A stretch of 64,000 nt of DNA from Welwitschia mirabilis (Eukaryota), in NCBI GenBank assembly GCA_051453625.1, contig JBOZIK010000001.1:35169008-35233007 (forward strand). The letters run 5' to 3'. Each line of letters opens with the position of its first letter. Position 1 is the first letter of the stretch. The position numbers and the translations under genes were made by a program. Below, in pieces: positions 13,800-22,430 of the stretch. A model generated the notes under the pieces. That model did not search any database. It was given only the letters and a program-made list of their open reading frames with translations, and was not told the origin of the DNA.

Positions 13800-14838
13800 T
13801 CAAAAGCAATTTAATATAAATGAAGTCTATCCTAGCTTGACATTAAATTTGTATTCTCAGATGGTAATGTCAAAGGATAAATCTATATGCTGCAAAAGGT
13901 CAAAAAAAAAAAAATTTCACATTTAAAAACAATTCTATAAATCCTAAGCTAAGCAACTCAAATATGGTTTAACAAGATTAATGGATTTCATAAGATTCTA
14001 AATTTTAAGAAGTTCTTGATAAATTTGAACCTCTTTTTAAAATCACTTAGAAAATATAAGAGAGAAGTAATACAATTACTTTATGTAGATGACATAATAA
14101 TAAGAAAGAATCATGAAAAAGAGATAAGGGAAATAGGACTTTCCTTACTTAAAAATTTGAAGTATTACATCTTAGAGATCTTGAGTACTTTCTATGCTGT
14201 ATATATTTAAAAAAAGAAGTAAACTTTTTCAACATAAACACATTAATGAAATACTTAATTAATAATACTTAAAGAACTATTGATGAAGTAAGAATCCCAT
14301 GATGACAAGTATAAAGAAAAAACCTAATGAAATAGCAAGGAAAATTAGGTACATTAGTATCAAAATGGCATACAGAAATTCATATATCTAATGAACATAA
14401 GATAATATATTATATTTTCTATCAATAAAGTCACTATAATCATTGTTTTTCCAAATTAGCACACATGAATTCAATGATTAATATACTAAACTACTTATCT
14501 AGGATGACAAAACATGGCATAATCTTTAAAAAAGTTAAATAAAATATAATTGGATTCATACATTTAGGCTATGTTAAATCCAAAGATTATGGATCAGCCA
14601 CATGATATGTTATTTAAATCATTAAAATCACTGTTTTATGGTTAAGTTAGAAATAAAAGAATACTACACTTTTTTCTATCAAAATAAAATATACAATAAA
14701 TCTTTTTTATAAAGTAAAATACATTCATAAAATTTTAAGTGATCTTGGTAAAGAAATATAATCTCTTATTTTAATCCATTACAAGAATTAAAGTATTATC
14801 AACTTGGTGAATAACCCCATCTTTTGTGAAAGGATGAG
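13800..14838 (+). pseudogene. Very decayed Ty1/copia RT-RNase H remnant
   Basis: LLYVDDIII occurs in ORF 14016-14210, and IINLVNNPIFCERM at ~14794-14836 (compare AIxLAxNPVFHERTKH). It is cut by the LTR at 14839. Confidence 0.7.
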
Positions 14839-16089
14839 TGTTCACATGTAAAATTTAACATTCAGACTAAGTATATTTGATAAATTTAGCTTAGTAAAAG
14901 ATATTAAATAGTTATTTCTATTATCAAATTATGTCTTCTATTATTTTATACATTATTTATAAAATTATGAACTTTCCCATAACAATTTCAAGATAATTGA
15001 AAACTAAAGAAAATTCAATAGGAAACATTAATGCTACCATATAGGTAATCAACACTACTATCTAAATCACTAGTGTCATTATCTTTTTAGAGCAGAATTT
15101 ATTCAAAGTTACATTCTAACATAGTTATGTAAAATTTATCACATTTTACTAATGGCATTAGTCATACATTATATCAAAAACAACAATCAACTTTAATGAT
15201 ATATGGGAAAAGTGAAAAGTGATATATGGTAGTGACATGTGGTAGTAACAAGTATGATGACATGAAACACACATGATAATAGCCTCTAGTGGTAATAGAA
15301 TCATCATCCAAAGGCCATATCATCACCACTGTTATAAGAGAAAAAAAGAATCCTTCTTAAATATACATGAGAAAATTTCTAACTTTTCTAATTGTAACTA
15401 CCAAAGTGTAATATTCACTTTTTATAACCTTCACTAATCACTACAAGCTAGAGGCTTATAACCTCTTAAAATCATTTTCTCTCTTATAAAGGGCCTTGAG
15501 ATTCCATTATAAAGTATATTTGATTAGGAAAAAAAAACATAGTGAAATACTTGGACTATCAAGATAATATGGTTTTCTGTGCACCTCTCTTAGGAGTGAA
15601 CTTATTTCAAGAATAGTTTGAGGCATTAATATAAGCTTCATTTTACTCCCTCAATGTAATGTATTTTCTTGGTCTAATTTAAGGGTGGTTGTTCATTCTT
15701 TGATTTTTAGTTCTCTAACTAGTATTTTTAATCCTTGGTGAGACTATTCCTTTTTTAATATAAAACATAGCTATTTATTTTTTTGATTACTAGTTCACAT
15801 ATATAGTACTTTTAATTCTTATATAAGACTATATTATCAAGTTATTTTGATGCCAAGTGAATTCTCTAAAGTTAAATTATTGGTTATAGTTTTTGTTATA
15901 TTATGGATATTATGTATAACTTTCCTTACTTTCTATGTTTATGAAGGGCTGTAAGAAATCAAAATGAAAATTGAATTCATCAAGACTTATTTGATCAATG
16001 AGATTATGTCAGATGAAATAAAGATGTGCTTTTGAACAAGTTAAGCTAAACCTTTGAAGCTTGTTTATTTATCTACATTACCAATCTAA
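14839..16089 (+). repeat. Athila-type LTR copy, 5' part (interrupted by the CACTA insertion)
   Basis: Direct repeat of 30610-32710, sharing for example AAAATTATGAACTTTCCCATAACAATTT and ACATGTGGTAGTAACAAGTATGA...ATCATCATCCAAAGGCCAT.TCATCACCA. Confidence 0.8.
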
Positions 16090-16102
16090 AGCTATAATAA
16101 AT

Positions 16103-16380
16103 AGAGGCTTTTGAGGCATTTATTTAAATAAATGTTTTAATTATATAGCATTATAAGGCGTTCATTTTAATAAATTCCTTAAATTATAATATTTTCAAGC
16201 CATTTTTGAAATAAATGCCCTAAAAGCCCATATCAAAGGTTTTTAATGCATTTGTAAAAAAAAGCTTTGAATGTTTCTGATCTTTTAAGGTGCTTACCAA
16301 ACAAACGCCATAAAAGCTATGATCTTTAAAGGCATTTAATAAGGCAAACTCCATAAAAGCTTGGTTTTTAAATAAAACGG
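16103..16380. repeat. Left subterminal repeat array of the CACTA element
   Basis: Multiple direct and inverted variants of TTTAAGGCGTTT/AAACGCCTTAAA, such as gaggcatt, taaggcgtt, aaatgccctaaaag, tttaaggtgctt, aaacgccataaaag and tttaaaggcattt. Confidence 0.85.
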
Positions 16381-17081
16381 TAGTAGCACGTTGCCAAAAA
16401 TAAAACCATCGCACCAAAAATGAAGCTAGATTTAATTTTTTCTGAGGTTTAGACCATTAATTTTAAACTTGAAAGTAAAAACCTAATCAGGGCTTTTCGG
16501 TAAGAAATTGATTAAAGATCTAAGGATAAATCAACCATAGGTCAAAAATTGAGTAAGAGAGGAGGAGAGAAGAGAGAAGAGATAGGATGAATCACAGGAA
16601 GTTCATGCACCTTCATCATGGATTGCTAAGTTTTCTTCCTTGAAAGAGAGCTAGCTAACATGAAGGCAAAGTCAAGCCTTTTTCGAAAGATGATCCATCA
16701 AAACCTTAAAATCTTACTACATTCTTAGGATATAAGTCTAGCTTGATACACATCATTTGAAAAGCTGAGAAGCCCAGATCTAGTAAGTGATCTAATATCT
16801 TAACCTTTATCTATTTATTTTGATTTTTTTAGATTTGAATTCAAAAATTGGTGCATTTTCCTATTCTTTAAATTGTTGAAATCACTTGAAAACTTGAATT
16901 GTTTCACTTTTTGATGGTTTATGTCAATGGATTATTAGAGTGCTAGTAAGATTTGTAAAGTGCTCTTACATCCTAAATTGATTGGTTTGTTTTTGACATT
17001 TTTAACTATCCAATTTACTGCCAAATAGAGGGATGAAATCTATGTTTTTTCATTTTAAGGATAAAAATTATAGAAATCTTT

Positions 17082-18966
17082 ATTAAAAAACAACCTAGGA
17101 AGATGATGAAAAACAACTAGGAAGACAATGAAAAATGATTTAAAAATGATCTTTTCAGTGACCCAATTCTGTAACAACTTCACTTACTATAAAATAAAAT
17201 AGGGAGATGATGAAAAAAAGGGGAGAAAACATACTAAGCTTCAAATCATAAAGGAAATCCAGATTGTAGGGCCTTGTTTGTATTTTATGTGAGTGTACTT
17301 TAAACATAACTCTCGTTGCAAGTTTCTACATTTAAATGCATTGTATGTTTTTGCAGAGGCAGAGAATGAGAACCTCATCTTGGTCACATCCCTATAAAGG
17401 CTTGAAATGGAGATTTTAAAGCTTTTAAAAGCTAAAAGAAGCACTCCCATTTCTATTACCACTCTACCTCAACTCTATTATGAAACTATGGTAGATCCTT
17501 ACACACTGAGGGTTATCTAACTAAGTCTCAGTGACATGGCAAGGCTAGATATAGTCCCAGTAAGCTTCTTGTTGCTTGAAGAACAATGTTGGTCTCATTG
17601 ATAGATAAGGATTGCTTTATTTTTTATTCAAAATTTAGGTAGATTATGTCTAAAAGATAATCATTTCTTGATTCCTTTTTAAATTTTCATTTCTCTGTAA
17701 AGTTTTAAGTTGTATATTTCATTGGCTATGGATCTGTGAAAGCCCTTTCACTGGATTCCTATAAAACATTAACATTGAGAGTAGTGAATCAATAAACTTA
17801 GTGCACCTTAAACCAACTCCAGTTGAAAACTTAAAGCTAGAAGATGGAGAAAGTTAGATTCAAAAAGTGAGGACATCACCTATGTTTGATCATGTATCTT
17901 ATGGGTGCATAAACTAAAAAGTCACTTAGGATGATTCTATCCATGGAGTATTGCTATATTATAGTTGTCAAAGATGGTTTTAGTTAGGTCTTTTACTCCC
18001 TTAATTGCTTTATATTTTTGGTGGTTGTAAAAGGTTAAGATGGAATATGTTGTGACATGTCTATCTGACAAGTTAGCAATACCTTAAAGAAACACTGTAA
18101 TGTAGGGTTTCTTTATTACAATAGGTCTATGCTACATTCTTAGGATTTTAGGATTCTTGAAAGTCTTGCCACACTGATAGCCAAATGACCACTTGTTCTT
18201 TATGAAGTCTATTAAGACTATCGTCATTTTAGTCATTTCCTCCTCTCTTCTAGTTTTAGGATTCCTAATGGTCTCTTAGACACATCAGATTCAGTAAAGA
18301 AAATTAATGTCACACTCTCCAAAAAGGGCCACCAGATACGAGTGCACTCTGAATGTTCCTAGAAAGCTACTGCAGATCCCTTGAAGCTGTTTGATGAGAT
18401 AAGACAGACCAATTGATCACTTGCTTTAGTCCATAGGCTTGCAAAGCCAACATAGCTTTTGTTATGTGGTTTAACAATTCTTGAGTTTGGATTGTTCTTC
18501 CTTGATTTTGGATCGTCCATGTTCATTTGACATTATTTAACCTTACCCAATTGTGTGTACACTATTTAACTCTTTTCTGACATTAAGAGGTATTAACAAT
18601 TTCATTATTTTGTTATTTGTATCAAAGGAAGAATTCCAAATAAAAATGAAAATGACATTTATACATTATCTCTGAATCAAGAATCATGGATGGTTAAGTG
18701 TTTTAAGAAATAGTCTTTAAATATAGTTATAAGAGCTTATAAGAATAAGATAAGATCTATAAGCTTTGTAATAACTCTAGTTAAGTTACCACATAAAACA
18801 TTTTAATTTATTTTTTATCATCTGAGTATGGTACCTTTCCATTTTTTTCATCATCTTCCTATTTCAATTTTCAATTAATGAAGTTGTTAAAGAATTGGGT
18901 CACTAAAAAGATCATTTTTCATCATCTCCTTGGATCATTTTTCTCATTTCCCTGGGTGATTTTAAT
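17082..18966. repeat. ~150-bp inverted repeat pair (17082-17238 and 18822-18966) inside the CACTA element
   Basis: Left arm: AAAAATGATCTTTTCAGTGACCCAATTCTGTAACAACTTCACTTACTATAAAATAAAATAGGGAGATGATGAAAAAAA. Reverse complement of the right arm: AAAAATGATCTTTTTAGTGACCCAATTCTTTAACAACTTCATTAATTGAAAATTGAAATAGGAAGATGATGAAAAAAA. Confidence 0.9.
17357..17604 (+). pseudogene. Captured exon of a CCCH zinc-finger protein of the C3H18 type (LOTUS/OST-HTH-like region), with stops and frameshifts
   Basis: It translates across 2 frameshifts to SL*RLEMEILKLLKAKRSTPISITTLPQLYYE/YGRSLHTEGYLTKSQ*HGKARYSPSKLLV/LKNNVGLIDR. This matches the recalled family motif SLEKLExEIxELLKxRRGxPISIASLPxxYYEKYGRxLQAEGYLTESQRHGKAGYSLTKLLARLKNxIRLIDR. 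An acceptor ttttgcag precedes 17357 and a decayed donor (ataagg) follows 17604. Confidence 0.88.
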
Positions 18967-19167
18967 GTTTCCCATGTAAAACATAAGTATCTAATATTCA
19001 AACTTCTCTCCCATGCTCTGTTTTACTAAAATTAATGTAATTGTCTATGGTCTTGTGCTGCACAAGTCTTATTAAATACTATCTGCAATATTTCAAAGGT
19101 GCTTCTGCTTTTTAATATTTTTTGTATAAAGAAGGCACAAAACATTAATGGTGCCACATTATTTCAA

Positions 19168-19455
19168 GATTGGCTAATCATAGGAATGTACTACATTTAT
19201 ATATAGGAGATGATCATATGGATGAAGATACATTTAAGGTTTGTTATTTACCTAATCAAGGCTAATGCTATTATAGATGATCATGTGATATTTAAAACAA
19301 ATGTACATGTTATGAGGTATTAAATTTTGTAGCCTCTAAATCATTAAATTTATTAGTAACATGTATTAAGAAATAAAGGTTAAGGATGTGAAACAATGGT
19401 GAGAACTATTTCAAAGAAAATTAATGCTACATTTTCACTCAGAGAACCATTTGAA
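19168..19455 (+). pseudogene. TPP: Captured two-exon fragment of trehalose-6-phosphate phosphatase (TPP, HAD family)
   Basis: Exon 19168-19238 (71 nt) reads GLANHRNVLHLYIGDDHMDEDTFK, compared with plant TPP G(F/L)xNxxDVLPIYIGDDRTDEDAFK. A GT donor at 19239 opens an intron to 19362. Exon 19363-19455 (93 nt) reads VLRNKG*GCETMVRTISKKINATFSLREPFE, compared with VLRxRGQGxGILVSxxPKETNAxYSLxEPxE. Confidence 0.88.
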
Positions 19456-20516
19456 ATACATAATTTTGATGGATTGTAGTCATTGACTTATTTTTTGATA
19501 ATTGAATTCCATGCATATATTATCTTCTTCTGTTAAAATATTCCACTTTAAAGGTAACAGCAGGAGTTTATTTTCAATGAGACATTGAAAACTAAAATCT
19601 TGAACTATAATATCCAATATTATTTATTGTTTTTAATGTGCATGGAATTCAAGGGCACTTTGTATTATTATCCTTGAGCTTTATTAGGTTTTTAGTCTTA
19701 GTCGCATGATTTGTGTGGAAGAGGCTGAAACTTTTAGGCTTCATGATACTCCATAAATTGGATGTTGAATTTTCCTCATCCATAAACAATTTTGAAAGTA
19801 GAACTGTGAGGTTCTTTGCCATCTAAAATTTATCCTTTAAGATTATACAAAATAAAGAGTCTTGCATTACATGAGAAAATGTAACTTGGAAAGGTTGAAA
19901 AAATTCAGTGCTATTTTAAGTTAGTATGGAAAGCATAAGAAAACCATGCAATGCTACATATGGTGCCTCTTGTCTAAAGACACATCCACTTGAAAATAAT
20001 TCCATATAAAAATAGGAATATATAAAGAAGGACATAAATATGATATTCATTAGATTTTGCATCATCCACAAGGCACTAATAAGTAAGTAAGACTTTTAGT
20101 AGTCTAAAATAAAGATACTAGTCTTAACACAAGTTCTAAGAATCAATTTAATGACTTATCAATGATCAAAGCATATTATAGAAATTTTTAATTGAATAAG
20201 GCTTAGAGTATTTGATATCTAAGCTATTAAATTTTTCTTGAAAAATAGGAACATAGAGAGCAAGATGGACAAAGGTTATAAAAACTTAACATCTAAACCT
20301 CAAGAGATCAATAACATAGAGACAGGTTACAAAAGCAAACAGGCACAAAGGAAAAGATCACAAACAAACAAATATAAAAAATTCAAGTGAAGTATCTTTC
20401 ACTCAACACCAATAAAATAATACATAAAACACGATTGCAAGCTATAAATGAAATTATCAATCTAAATCAACTATAAATATTCTTGGTACTTATAGGAAAT
20501 ATAATGAAAAGTAATG

Positions 20517-21116
20517 CTACTTTACTAAAGCACCCACCTCAAACCTTACTTTAATCATGAATTGAAGATGCACTTGTAATAGTAAAATCATTTACAAGTA
20601 TTCAAAGCTCTTTTTTGATGCTCCTACAACTAAAATGTAAAAATAGTTTTGGAGTTTTAGGTGGCACCTTACTTGGGATCATACACAACATATTCATATA
20701 TCTTCATTGGGCTCTGGTCATGACTAGAAGAGATGAATGAATCATATGATACTTTTATCTCATCTTTCTAAGTGAAATATTCTTTTGGATCTGACATTTT
20801 CTTCCCCAATCCCATTGCTACTACTTTCTCATATTTCATCCTCACTATGTACTACTGAGTAACAAATTTATAGGATATTCAATAGTGTTCATTGTCTAAA
20901 CACTAAAAAAATGAGTATAGCTTATATCAGATTTTGGAAAAAATGTTAGAACAATCATTAACAGAATACCATGGGAGCTTTAAACATCTCAAGGATAGGC
21001 TTCTCTATAAGTTCCACAGCTAGAAGCATCAGAAAATATTCTTTTCTATTCACTATAGTAAATTCATAATTTGCTACCATCGAAGCTGCATTAGTGTAGT
21101 ATATCCCCTTTCCAAT
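20517..21116 (-). pseudogene. Captured three-exon C-terminal fragment of a poly(ADP-ribose) polymerase catalytic domain, PARP3-like
   Basis: Minus-strand exon 21116-20970 reads IGKGIYYTNAASMVANYEFTIVNRKEYFLMLLAVELIEKPILEMFKAPM and is followed by a GT donor. Exon ~20851-20669 reads YIVRMKYEKVVAMGLGKKMSDPKEYFT*KDEIKVSYDSFISSSHDQSPMKIYEYVVYDPK*. Exon 20573-20517 reads VHLQFMIKVRFEVGALVK-stop. These match recalled plant PARP3 motifs YGFTAVDR, GLGRKKT..W.DDIKVPCG..SEH.DSPLEYNEYAVYDPKQ. Confidence 0.87.
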
Positions 21117-21369
21117 TCATTCATTTTTCCTTGTCTCATGAGATCCACCAATATACTTTTTAGAATTTCATCTATGCTTTTTTCTTTCTTATATAAAACT
21201 TTTTTGACTTTTTAATTATAATTTTAGAAGTTACTTCCTACATAAAAATATATGGGTATCTTTGTTAGCATTGAAATAGACCACTAGATATCCCTATTTC
21301 TTGAAATAACTTTGTTTATTGGGTATTGCTCTTATTTTATCATTAATATTTTTTATTAATTGCAACATA

Positions 21370-21582
21370 AGAGTTTTAGGATACAAAGGATAACCAATTG
21401 ATGAATTGGCTGAGAGAAGCACACATGCTAAAGTGGCTTATCTTTTTGTGTATGGATACTTGCCTTCATGGTCATAGTTAGCATAATGGTAATTTGCTAT
21501 ATCTTAGTATTTAGCTCTCCTTGAAGGATTACTAAAATTTATACAAGTAATGCCACATGATTTTCATCCCATGAGTATGCTA
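21370..21582 (+). pseudogene. CSY: Captured fragment of peroxisomal/glyoxysomal citrate synthase, multiple stops
   Basis: 71 ungapped codons read RVLGYKG*PIDELAERSTHAKVAYLFVYGYLPSWS*LA*W*FAIS*YLALLEGLLKFIQVMPHDFHPMSML. They are colinear with recalled plant peroxisomal citrate synthase [71 protein letters not shown]. Confidence 0.92.
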
Positions 21583-21789
21583 TACCCTACTAGCTATGAT
21601 TGCTACACTTCCTCTAAAGCAGCGGTTCTTCTAACATATTTTACCATTAAGAAAGATTTATTTCCTTAGTTATTGATTCATCAGTTTAGTAAGATCCATG
21701 GCAAGAGCATTTTATGAGATGATACTTCAATTGAGAATAAACTAAAAGTAGGACAAAGTGATAACAGAGATGCTTAGCACATTTTCTAA

Positions 21790-22430
21790 TGAGATGATGA
21801 ATTTCATTATGAAAACTACAAGATTAAACTTTCATATGATAAAAAATTTGTTAAACTTGTGGAATATATAGAGGAAAAATTAAAGCAATTGAGCACCCAA
21901 ATTGCATATTTGAAAGATTTGTTGGTGCCTCAATACATTAGTTTTTGGGCATGGGAGAAAGAGGGAAGAGTTAGTGCTTCTTCATAGGAGACAATGGCCA
22001 ATCCTAAAGAAAACATTATACATAATAACAATGCTACTAAAGGTTTTAATCATTACAATGAGCTTATTGAGGATCCTAAAATCTTAACCACTGTAAGTGA
22101 TTATGGTTTTATTACAAGAGATAATAGTAGAATTCTCTTGGAGATAAAGGATTTATTTAGATATTTACTTTAATGTTGTTAAAATAAAGGCATCTAGATC
22201 ATCCACTAAAATAAGTCAAGAAAATTTCAACATAGAAATGTATCTGCTTATAAGAAACTACAATTAATTGGAGTTATACTAAAAACTTACATACCTTCTA
22301 GAATTTGGTCAACATTTTCATATCATGGAGAACCTATGTAACATAAAGCTAAATGTTTTGACACTCCTGAAATGTTAGGAAATTGTACTAGTAGTTTGGT
22401 GGCCTAAAAAGATCTTTATGTTGAAACACA
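21790..22430 (+). pseudogene. Possible remnant of the CACTA second ORF (TnpA/Tnp1-like) C-terminus
   Basis: A coiled-coil-like block (KFVKLVEYIEEKLKQLSTQIAYLKDLL, ~21845-21925) is followed after a putative intron by ...TPEMLGNCTSSLVA*KDLYV (~22360-22425). The latter resembles the xLGDAxGxxVAW ending of En/Spm TnpA-type proteins. Weak, motif-only evidence. Confidence 0.4.

Noticed and set aside
17357-21582. A functional gene or metabolic gene cluster (TPP, PARP, citrate synthase)
   Set aside because: All pieces are partial, carry stops, frameshifts or broken splice sites, lie in mixed orientation, and sit inside a transposon.
21370-21582. Bacterial horizontal transfer of citrate synthase
   Set aside because: The W.F.IS and MPHD.HPM context matches plant peroxisomal citrate synthase, which is itself bacterial-like.
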